Positions 47,372-59,300 of a DNA stretch of 64,000 nt are shown here, one piece after another. The DNA is taken from NCBI RefSeq assembly GCF_964204645.1, contig NC_134030.1, forward strand, positions 603,355 through 667,354. Reading direction: 5' to 3'. The position numbers and the translations under genes were made by a program. This DNA comes from Tubulanus polymorphus (taxonomy: Eukaryota; Animalia; Nemertea). The notes beneath the pieces were generated by a model. The model was given only the letters and a program-made list of their open reading frames with translations. It was not told the DNA's origin and ran no database searches. Positions within the stretch are counted from its first letter, which is position 1; every line of letters starts with the position of its first letter.

Positions 47372-50300
47372 CTAATATCCCTTCACTGAAAGAATATTTT
47401 TTAGATCGGTTAACAAATCCGGAATTGTCCCCGAACGAAGCCGCTCCTCCCACATTCCATCCGTATGTCGGGCCACCACCTCTACCTCTCGGGCCACTCG
47501 TTCACTCGCCAGCTTTTTGGCGAGTGAACGAGTGACCGCCCGAGATACGGATGGAGGAGCAGGAGGAGCAGGACCCGCACCATCCCCAGCCCCACCACCA
47601 TCCCTCCTCGGCCGCTTCCTATTTATCCCCTCCCCTTCCTCCCGATTACCTTCATCAGCGGCACCATCCGCCGGGACCACTCTTGCTCCTCCTCCCTGCG
47701 GAGCCACGACGACCGCAACTTTTCTTTTCCTTTTTGTTCTAGTTTTTTTTGGCGGTGGTCGTGTCTGTAAAGAGAAAAAGTGAAAAATTTGTTTAGTATA
47801 AAATTAAACACAAGTATAAAAAATGAGAATGAGAAACCAGCGATTCAGCAAATAAAACACCTATACGTAGTTAGGATATCGTGTCACAAGGTGGCGTTTC
47901 GGTAAATCTACGAGTGACGCTCATAGAAATAGTTAGTTTTTACCGATACGGAAAGCCATCGGAGTTCTCGTTACTTTTTTTGAAAAAGTACCCATTATAA
48001 CAGGGACTTCTGGGACCGTTTCAATATAAAAGGACTTCTGATATTGATTTCGTAGTTCTGTTTGAACGTGTCATCCGTTAAACCCAGACTCAGATGAATT
48101 GTGTTATTCGAACAAAACATGATATTTTTGGTGAATAACAACATTGCTGGAAGACACGAGCACGTCAGCATCCAATACAGCGGAATAAGCATCTGGGGCC
48201 GATTCCATGGTCAAGACTTAAGTCCAAAAGTGGTCTTAAATCTAAAGACTGGTCTTAAGTTATTAGATTGGCTATAGAACTAAGTTGGTCTTAGAACGGT
48301 CTTAATTCTAAGCTCTGACTATGCAACTGGTCTCAGGTGTACGTGGGTCGGCATATTACCGGGACGAGGGGTCACACGATACAAATATCAGCCGCCTTCT
48401 TGACGTACGCAGCCAATTTTCTGCCGAACAAAATTTCGACAAAAAATCGACTCATAAACATATTTTTCCCGATGAGTTACAACAATCAAATGTTAGATAT
48501 TCAGAGACGTGTCTGCTGCACGTGTAACACCGAATAATCGTCACCACGGTAGACGAGCATTTCAGCCAATCACCAGTCAGTCCGTTATGACCGCCGCAGA
48601 TGGCGCTCATGGTCAAAAACAGTATTGTATTCCAGTGATAGGAAACGGTAAGTCACGCATAGTATACTGTACGCGTTACCATGGATACAATCAAAGTTTG
48701 AGCGATAAGTTTTCGCACTCGTGTGTACAACCATTGGTCTTAAGCAGATATAGATCAATAACCGAAGGTTTTCGACTATGGGGTTTTACCCGCAAATGGA
48801 AATTTATAACTACTCTTCTGTTTACAGGTCTGGTAATTTATTTGCTGAACTTCAACTGATATCCTGAATAAAATATGAAAACAAATAAAGATTCTTACCT
48901 CCGTCAGATCTCCTTCAAACAGCCGTCCCCGGACTCTGTCTGACGAACGAGTGGCGGCCGGGGGCGGCTGTCTGACAGGCCGCTGCTGAGGCGAATTTAA
49001 TGGACGTGGGGGAGGGGCAGCAGCGGGCGACATAGGATTAACCGGTGGTGGTATCCTATCGGGAACCAAGTTTCTTTTGAATTCCCCCACCAAGTCCCCA
49101 AACGGACATTCTTCTAAAATGTTCATCACTGTAAAATAAAAATAGAGAGAAATACATTAAACAACAAGTCGAATGGTTTCGATGCTACGGCTATGAATAT
49201 TATTCCAACAGGGGGCGCCTGATGTTACTTAAGTTTGATTTCAATGTAATCGTGTTGGTCTGGCAGCGATCGCTGATTGGACTGTTTTAGTGTTTTTGGA
49301 ATAACTAGGAAAAGAATACTAGAGGACCAAAGGTCCTGTGGTCTCCTGTTTTGATAAACACAGTACAATTGTGATTTTTTTAAGTAACACAATTAATTAT
49401 TTTTTCCTCTCAATGATTTGCAACTTATTCATACTGAACAAAATTTTAATTAGATTTGAAGTTTGCGCTGAATGAAATGAAATTCGATTTGTTTGTTTAA
49501 ATCTGAATGAAATTGAATCAAATTTTTATGCTTCTTCGGCAACTACTCGAGAAAAAACACTATTTTACTAAAACCTTACGCAATTGTCATAAATACATTT
49601 TCTGTAAAATAGTGTATTCTGATTGGTTCTATTCTGATTGGTTCTAATCTAGGGTGGATACAAGCTTCCACTGTTTTCCAGAATATAGTCAGAAAATGTG
49701 ACTAACATATTTTCTAGAAGTAACTAATCTGACGGATCCAGAATGCTAACTCAGTCAGCTTGTGAGTTATAACAACCAATAAGGTCCATAAAGGCTGTCT
49801 CTTAAGACTCAATAGCGTAACACTGTTACTCGCAGTTGATATATAAAAACAAATTCATATTCAAAATATTTATAAAATGAATGCGATTGATATCACCATT
49901 CAGTGCAAGATAATGTTAACTCAATGACTACGTTAATGTCAGCGACTCGCCGGTGACGTTACAAATGTAAACATTGCCTACGTTCAAACTACACGCGATT
50001 TTAACCAATCAGAATGCAAGTAAACATTATTATCATAAATCATGTGAGGGAATTCCATGGCATTCCGTACGCAACGCGTCATAGACACTATTGATCATGG
50101 GAAGTACCGGAGGGGGGAATCCCCTGTTAACCAAAATGGCGGAAATTCCGTCTGCTGCAAGCAATGTTGAATTTGGGTATTCTAAACTTTTAGCCAAAAT
50201 TCTGCTACTATTTCTTTTTGTCTTTTTGCAAATGCATTCAAATAGACAGATGGCTACATATCGTCATTACAGCATTAATTCATTGAAAGTTTTTATTAGA

Positions 50301-53300
50301 TTTTGAGGAGATATCATAGGCGCGGATCCAGGGAGGGTTTCAGGGGTCGTGACCCCGCTGATCGGCTACCAAAAAATTTTTAAAGCAAAAAAAAAAACGC
50401 TACCATATCATTTCAGAGAAAATTTTTTAAAAATTCCCTCAGTGAGATAAAATCACTTTTAGAAGGAAGAGGGAACTGTCAATAGGGCAATATACATATG
50501 TCCGAACAAATGATTCTTGGAAAGTTTGAATTCTGCACACTGCGATCAAAAAAGAACCTCGCGTTTTTCAATTGTTTCATCGTTCAATCCAGGATTCTCA
50601 TTCGGCCGAGGTGAAAAATCTTTTTTGCTCGGTTTTTCACTGAATTTGTTTCACAGACAGGAATAAAAAATTTTTTTTCTAATTCTTTTTATGCTATTAA
50701 AAAAGGCCTTATGTTTGGCCAAAAAATATGCCGTATAGGCCCCGGCTATTATTAGAGATTTTAGTCAGCATTTTTATGAACCCCGTCTTGGAAACATTCC
50801 TGGATCCGTGCCTGAATCAGTAACACACGTCACACTAAATGATATTGTATGAAAATAGTTAAACTACTTACACTCCGGTAGAAATATTCTGACGAACTCC
50901 TCCCGCCGGAACGCACGACTTAACCGAAATGCCAAAGCTGTAAAACAAAAATACAATTCATTATAATCACATACATTAATTACAAACTCAAATTCAAGAG
51001 CAGTTTGAACTGTGTCTCATGAAACTGAACCCAGATGAATCCAGTTCATTCAGGAATGAGAATTTCTAGTTTTTTCTAAATCTTTTTAAGCTTGCCGACA
51101 AGCCGAGCAAATTAACAAGTGACCCGAACACCGGCGTAAATATCGAACATGTTTAATGTCGGCGGGCGACGAAATCACCGTGACGGCCGATTTATAGATA
51201 GATCGGTACCCGCTCGTATCGGGCGTATAAATTCACCGGCGAATTTAATCGTCGCGATCGGGCGAAAAATGGATACGCTCGTGTCCTTCTAGCTTTATAT
51301 AATATTAATATTTAGTAACGTTAAACACAAGCTTCCAATATTCTTAGGATCGAAATCTCATATTGGTTTAATTCATTCAAAATTGCTAAATTCATCGGTA
51401 TCATCTCAAGGTTTAAATATCAAACCTGACTTACTGGAATTGTATCACATCGGTTTCATCTGAAGGTTTAAATATCTATTCCCTAAACCTGACTTACTGG
51501 AATTGTATCACATCGGTTTCATCTCAAGGTTTAAATATCTATTCCCTAAACCTGACTTACTGGAATTGTATCACATCGGTTTCATCTGAAGGTTTAAATA
51601 TCTATTCCCTAAACCTGACTTACTGGAATTGTATCACATCGGTATCATCTGAAGGTTTAAATATCTATTCCCTAAACCTGACTTACTGGAATTGTATCAC
51701 ATCGGTTTCATCTCAAGGTTTAAATATCTATTCCCTAAACCTGACTTACTGGGATTGTATCACATCGGTTTTATCTGAAGGTTTAAATATCTATTCCCTA
51801 AACCTGACTTACTGGAATTGTATTACATCGGTTTAATCTCAAGGTTTAAATATCTATTCCCTAAACCTGACTTACTGGAATTGTATAACATCGGTATCAT
51901 CTGAAGGTTTAAATATCTATTCCCTAAACCTGACTTACTGGAATTGTATTACATCGGTATCATCTGAAGGTTTAAATATCTATTCCCTAAACCTGACTTA
52001 CTGGAATTGTATCACATCGGTTTCATCTCAAGGTTTAAATATCTATTCCCTAAACCTGACTTACTGGAATTGTATAACATCGGTATCATCTCAAGGTTTA
52101 AATATCTATTCCCTAAACCTGACTTACTGGGATTGTATCACATCGGTTTCATCTCAAGGTTTAAATATCTATTCCCTAAACCTGACTTACTGGAATTGTA
52201 TCACATCGGTATCATCTCAAGGTTTAAATATCTATTCCCTAAACCTGACTTACTGGAATTGTATCACATCGGTATCATCTCAAGGTTTAAATATCTATTC
52301 CCTAAACCTGACTTACTGGGATTGTATCACATCGGTTTCATCTCAAGGTTTAAATATCTATTCCCTAAACCTGACTTACTGGAATTGTTAACTGGGGTTT
52401 AGAATATATAACGAGACAAGTAGTACTTTATAGGACGTGTAACTAGTTTATTTGACACACAAGCTTTGGGTACTAATGTATAGAAGCTTCATCAGGTGAA
52501 TGAGTGAAGTCAATGGAAACACTTTCGGATATCAACACATTTCAAATTGCTCTCAATTCATGCATTCAAATTATAATAAGCTCCTAAATAATTTTGAAAA
52601 CTTCTTCCACACAGCATGCAATCCATATAATATCATAATTTTTTGGAAATAAAATTAGTTTTTTTTCGGAGTAGTGCTTGACCCTTTCCTATGGTTTTAG
52701 TTAATATTCTCTGAATGTGTAGATAGCCAGAGATACGACCCCTGGCACTGCGGTATTGCATTTAGCCACAGGCGTCACCGATAACTAGCTGTCCTCTCGT
52801 TTGTGGTAACTACGCTTCTTGAAGTTTGGCTACTCGAGCCATGGACGGAAAGACCGTGCTGATCCGGAGATGTGAACTGTTGGGACGGCATCAAGTGAGA
52901 TTTTACTTAGTTTACGCGGAACTGGTGAACTAAGTCTACGACAGCGGTCGACAGCGGTCACCGCCTCCTGACATTCTATAGTCGAGTTTGGTACTAGTAA
53001 CCAGTCGTCGAGGTAAACCAACAGACAAATACTCCAGGACCCGGTTTCATAGACTGAGTATCAAAGTTATCCAAAGGGATAAATCCTCAACCACCATACT
53101 AACAATGAGAAACCATGGTTATAACTGACAAATTTCAAAATGTTCCCTGGAATTATTTTTCTTCCATATCTATGAAACCCAGCCCTGGACTGTAATGTAC
53201 CTTCTGGACTTGACCCAAGCTGGTAAATACCCAGGGCGTGGGCTGTACTGAGGCCGATTGGAAGAGACCTGAACTGGAACTGGCAGCCTTTCAACTTTTA

Positions 53301-56300
53301 TTCTGTAAAATTGACGGGATTTCGCGTGAACAGGAACCTGAAAATATGCATCTTTCAGGTCCAATGAAGCCGCCCATTAACCTCGACGGAGACCTTGAAT
53401 TACCTCCCTGTTTTAGTCATCGGAAGCCTCGGGATATCCAGGTGCCACTCGAGGAATGACAGTCCATCGACGCCCTATGGTTTTCAGGAGCATAAATATT
53501 CATGAAAACCAGCCGGATGTGGCTTCGTCCCGTACTGGTTCTATTGCTCTCTTTTTGGCCAGATCTTTGAGAGCTGACGAGATTAGTGTCTCGTGACCTG
53601 CTTTCGGGCGCATGTCGGGAGGTGTTCAGAATTGAAGACAGTAGCCGCCGTGATACGACCCGGGAACGCCGGATCAGTAGGTGGCTGCTCGTTATAGACA
53701 ACCTCTCACTGGCCCCGAGCATTCATTTTGAGTTTCTCCGAGAGGAAGAGCTCCTTTTAGGAGCATTCCCCGATATGAACTAGAATTATTCTGACCAGAA
53801 GGGGCACGAGAATGTTGGAGCTGTGCACTTGTTCTCCAAACAGCATTAGTAGCCGCTTGAGAAAGTACGGATGCTTGAGATGGCATTGTGTGAGTTCGGG
53901 CTGAACCTTGAGCTGCCGGAGCCGGAGCCGGAGTCCGCATGGTGGACTTGAATCTGCACATCTCGAATCTTCCTCCACTCGGTGGAAACTGGAGCACTCC
54001 AACCGGAGAAGAGACGCAAAGAAGAACCTAATTGAGCTCTTAATACTCTAGGTTCGACTGTGGCAATCGAGGATTCCACTTGTTCCACACCTAATCGAGC
54101 CTATTCCATTGAAACTGCTGACGATTGACATCAGACATTGAGATCAGAGTCCGGGGGAGGGGGGGGGATGATTCACCGACATGCTCCACATTTATCAAAC
54201 TAGATATTAACCCTTGACCAGTGAGTCAAGTAGAGAATGCAAATTGTAATAGGTCTCATCCTCTGACCACCATAAATAAACCACAGTACAAGTATGAATG
54301 AAATTATAAACCTCTAAACCTCTACATCTTAGAGCAGTAACAAGCTCCAAATCGGATAAGATTTAACACATTGATATAACTGTGGTGGCCATCTTAAGTC
54401 TTAAGCTTAAAACTTAAGTCCGTAGAGCGGTAACAAGCTTCAAAATGGCTATTTCACACATTGAAATGGCTGTGGCGGCCATCTTGGATGACCTATATAT
54501 GTCAAAAACAATAAGGCTCATTCTCCTACCATTATGAAACCACAGAATAAGTAATTGGCAAATTGGTTTGAAACTGTAGATTGTAGAGTTGTCACAAGCT
54601 TCAAAATGGCTATTTCACACATTGTAATGGCTGTGGCGGCCATCTTGGATGACCTATATATGTCAAAAAACAATAAGGCTCATCCATCTCACCCCTAAAA
54701 CAAACAAGTCACAAGAAAATCAACCAAAAACTTAAGTCGGGAACAATATCTGCACGCCTGTCTCGGGCAATCAAGAATAGGCTTACCTGTAACTGCGGTA
54801 GCTTACAATGACAATAACAAGTTTAAAATCTGACTTTCGAAATCGCGGAAATCCTGATTATTGTGACGACTTCCTTAACGGTCCCTCGACGTGAAAGACG
54901 TGAACTTCCTAAACGGTCCCTCGACGTGAAAGACGTGAACTTCCTAAACGGTCCCTCGACGTGAACTTCCTAAACGGTCCCTCGACGTGAACTTCCTAAA
55001 CGGTCCCTCGACGTGAAAGACGTGAACTTCCTAAACGGTCCCTCGACGTGAAAGACGTGAACTTCCTAAACGGTCCCTCGACGTGAAAGACGTGAACTTC
55101 CTAAACGGTCCCTCGACGTGAAAGATGTGAACTTCCTAAACGGTCCCTCGACGTGAAAGACGTGAACTTCCTAAACGGTCCCTCGACCTGAACTGATGAA
55201 TGATGATGGTTCCTACAGAATCAATCATAATCCCTCGATCTCGATCTCCGTGAAGGTGACCTCGCTCCTGCATCTGGTAGAAGAGCGCCCTCTACCAAAC
55301 CTAGAACCATGATAACTATGTTTTAAATTCGAAACATAGATGCCAGGCCGCCCGGACCAGACCAGATGTTCAGTACCTGGTGATGCCTGGACCGGTGCTG
55401 GAAGCTGACCGGACCGGATGTTCAGTAACCGGTGATGCCTGGACCGGACCGGTGCTGGAAGCTGACCGGACCAGATGTTCAGCAGGGTTCATTGTCTCAA
55501 GCTCAGGTGAAATTCAAGCCATTTCAAGCTAGATTTATACCATTTTCAAGCTATTTTTTAAGGCACGTTGGAAGCAATTTTCGTTAGTCGCAGCCAATTT
55601 GCCTATTTTGAACAGGTTCGTATAAAAATGTTAAAAAAGAGGTAAAATTTTGATTCCAGTGGAACCTCCGAGTTGATACGATTCTGTTAGAGATGAAACC
55701 TGTTCATCACAATGATTTTCAGCATTTCCTAGCTTAAATATTCATATCAATCAAGATTTGGATATTTGGCCATCCCAAATTAATTGTCTGTTTTGCCGTT
55801 ACACCTACTAAAATTTTTGGGATAAGTCAGTAGGAAGGTAGCATCATTTTTTTTGCAAAATTTTGGGGCAAAAAAAAACAACAAATTTATCATCACCACT
55901 TTTAGCGGAAACAACATCCGAAATCTGCGTTCAAAATGAAACAGTAGATTGAATATATGCACGCTATAACATTACCAGCTTTAGAATGAATGGCAGCTTA
56001 TTGGAACACTGCCAGTTTCCTGGAAAACTTCAACTAAATAGTCGAGGCATGTTTTCACATGATGCACACTTAACTTCAAACATACATAGCTCATACATCG
56101 GCAGTGGGTCGGCCATTTGTATCAAAAATACAATTTATTTCAATGAATCCAAGAAAAAAGTTTCCACTGGGTACCTTTGAAGTCGGGTCGGTCGGATGAC
56201 GGCAAACAGACCTTGATTTTTGGATGGCCTAATACGAAATTTGTAATGTTCAATGACTTTGACTAGGTCGCGGTGCCTTCAACATGGCTCTCACTCCTGG

Positions 56301-59300
56301 TGTGGGATTTCAATGCCATTTTACATCAATGCTCGATAACATGCATGACTGAAATTTCCCCGTATGTTCATGTCTCCAGACACCGTAGAGTTTCACCACA
56401 AGAGTCTCATAGCGATTCAATACAATTCAATTAATTTCTTTATTGATGCCTAAAACATGACGCACGCGTAGAAACAACTCAAGAACATATTCTGTCTGCG
56501 ATTTCATCGAAAAAAATTCGCGAAGAAGAAAATTTGTGATAATCAAGCATTTCAAGCCATATCTTTTTATTTCAAGTCAAAAATAATTATTTCAAGCTTT
56601 CGATCTATTTTCAAGCTGTTTTCAAGCGCTTGAGTAGTATTTTTCAAATTCAAGCCATTTCAAGCTTTTCAAGCACCGCGACGAACCCTGTTCAGTACCC
56701 GGTGATGCCTGGACTGGACCGGACTGGATGTTCAGTACCCGGTGATGCCTGGACCGGACCGGACCGGATGTTCAGTACCCAGTGATGCCTGGACCGGACC
56801 AGACTGGATGTTCAGTACCCGGTGATGCCTGGACTGGACCGGACTGGATGTTCAGTACCCGGTGATGCCTGGACCGGACCGGACCGGATGTTCAGTACCC
56901 AGTGATGCCTGGACCGGACCAGACTGGATGTTCAGTACCCGGTGATGCCTGGACCGGACCAGACTGGATGTTCAGTACCCAGTGATGCCTGGACCGGACC
57001 GGACTGGATGTTCAGTACCCAGTGATGCCTGGACCGGACCGGACTGGATGATCAGTACCCGGTGATGCCTGGACCGGACCGGACTGGATGATCAGAACCC
57101 GGTGATGCCTGGACCGGACCGGACTGGATGTTCAGTACCCAGTGATGCCTGGACCGGACCGGACCGGATGTTCAGTACCCAGTGATGCCTGGACCGGACC
57201 AGACTGGATGTTCAGTACCCGGTGATGCCTGGACCGGACCAGACTGGATGTTCAGTACCCAGTGATGCCTGGACCGGACCGGACTGGATGTTCAGTACCC
57301 AGTGATGCCTGGACCGGACCGGACTGGATGTTCAGTACCCGGTGATGCCTGGACCGGACCGGACTGGATGATCAGAACCCGGTGATGCCTGGACCGGACC
57401 GGACTGGATGTTCAGTACCCAGTGATGCCTGGACCGGACCAGACTGGATGTTCAGTACTCAGTGATGCCTGGACCGGACCAGTTCTCGGAGCTACCGGAC
57501 CAGATGTTCAGTACCCGGTGATGCCTGGACTGGACCAGTTCTCGAAGCTACCGGACCAGATGTTCAGTACCCGGTGATGCCTGGACCGGACCGGACTGGA
57601 TGTTCAGTAACTGGTGATGCCTGGACCGGACCAGACTGGATGTTCAGTACTCAGTGATGCCTGGACCGGACCAGTTCTCGGAGCTACCGGACCAGATGTT
57701 CAGTACCCGGTGATGCCTGGACTGGACCAGTTCTCGAAGCTACCGGACCAGATGTTCAGTACCCGGTGATGCCTGGACCGGACCGGACTGGATGTTCAGT
57801 AACTGGTGATGCCTGGACCGGACCAGACTGGATGTTCAGTACTCAGTGATGCCTGGACCGGACCAGTTCTCGGAGCTACCGGACCAGATGTTCAGTACCC
57901 GGTGATGCCTGGACTGGACCAGTTCTCGAAGCTACCGGACCAGATGTTCAGTACCCGGTGATGCCTGGACCGGACCAGTTCTGGAAGCTACCGGACCAGA
58001 TGTTCAGTACCCGGTGATGCCTGGACCGGACCAGTTCTTGAAGCTACCGGAGCAGATGTTCAGTACCCAGTGATGCCTGGACCGGACCGGACTGGATGAT
58101 CAGTACCCGGTGTTGCCTGGACCGGACCAGACTGGATGTTCAGTACTCAGTGATGCCTGGAATGGACTGGTGCTCAAAGCTGCCCGGACCGGACCAGTAA
58201 CTGGTGATGCCTGGACCGGACCGGTGCACAGAGCTGACCGGACCAGATGTTCAGTACCCGGTGATGCCTGGACCAGGCCAGTTCTCGAAGCTACCGGACC
58301 AGATGTTCAGTACCCAGTGATGCCTGGACCGGACCAGTTCTCGAAGCTACCGGACCAGATGTTCAGTACCCAGTGATGCCTGGACCGGTTCTCAAAGCTG
58401 ACCGGACCAGATGTTCAGTATCCGGTGATGCCTGGACCGGACCGGTGCACGGAGCTGACCGGACAGGATGTTCAGTATCCGGTGATGCCTGGACCGGACC
58501 AGTTCTCGAAGCTACCGGACCAGATGTTCAGTACCCGGTGATGCCTGGACCGGACCGGTGCACGGAGCTGACTGGACAGGATGTTCAGTATCTGGTGATG
58601 CCTGGACCGGACCGGTGCTCGAAGCCGCCCGGACCGGACCAGATGTTCATTACCCAGTGAGGCCTGGACCGGACCGGTGCTCGGAGTAGCCCGGACCTGA
58701 GTTCCTGTGCAGGTATCCCGACTGTCGCGCGCCGATACCTGGGAAACTGAACCAGCTGAACCGTTGATTGACTGGTGACTGACCGTTACTAGAGAACCAG
58801 CGATCCTCCTCAGAGAAAGGAGTTGGGAAGCCGACCGTGCTTGTACAGCCGGCGACCGCTGTGATGTTCTGAAATAGAGACATCAATGGGCACATCGGCA
58901 GAAACTGTACTTTCTGTTTCCGGGACTTATCGGCCCGAACCCATAGATCTTCCGACCACAATCCGCAAGTCGAGGAAGGATTAACTCATATAACGCCCGA
59001 TGTAGCCCAACAGGATGAACACAGAACGTAATCAGGGCCCGAACAGATGACCGCATCCCTCACGATGACGACGCTCGACTTTAGCAGGGAGCGGCATTAT
59101 CGCATTCAAAATACAACAATTAAATATTCGGTTTAAATATAACAGATATTTTAATGTTATAACTTACATAATATTATAACATACACGCAATTCAAGAAAG
59201 ATGCACTGATTTGATTTGATTCAAACAAAAATAAAATTCACGAGGGAACAAAAACAGAACAAACTCACTGCATAGAAAGTACAAGTGTCTCTTAAATTCC

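Larger units (their letters stand above)
52710..59100 (-). mobile_element. Decayed DIRS-type (tyrosine-recombinase class) retrotransposon: gag zinc finger plus frameshifted reverse transcriptase
   Basis: RT pieces WAASLDLKDAYFQVPVH (~53330-53376), QFQFRSLPIGLSTA (~53245-53285), VYLDDWLLV (~52992-53018) and FRVN*VKSHLMPSQQF (~52873-52921). Near 58930-59097 a frameshifted GCGHLF..DYVLCSSC..PSSTCGLWSEDLW Cys/His/Trp knuckle resembles DIRS gag N-termini. No YR domain or termini seen. Confidence 0.75.

Noticed and set aside
52007-52402. 131-aa ORF with a 21-aa repeat
   Set aside because: 63-bp minisatellite; neighbouring units carry in-frame TGA, and it lies antisense within an intron.
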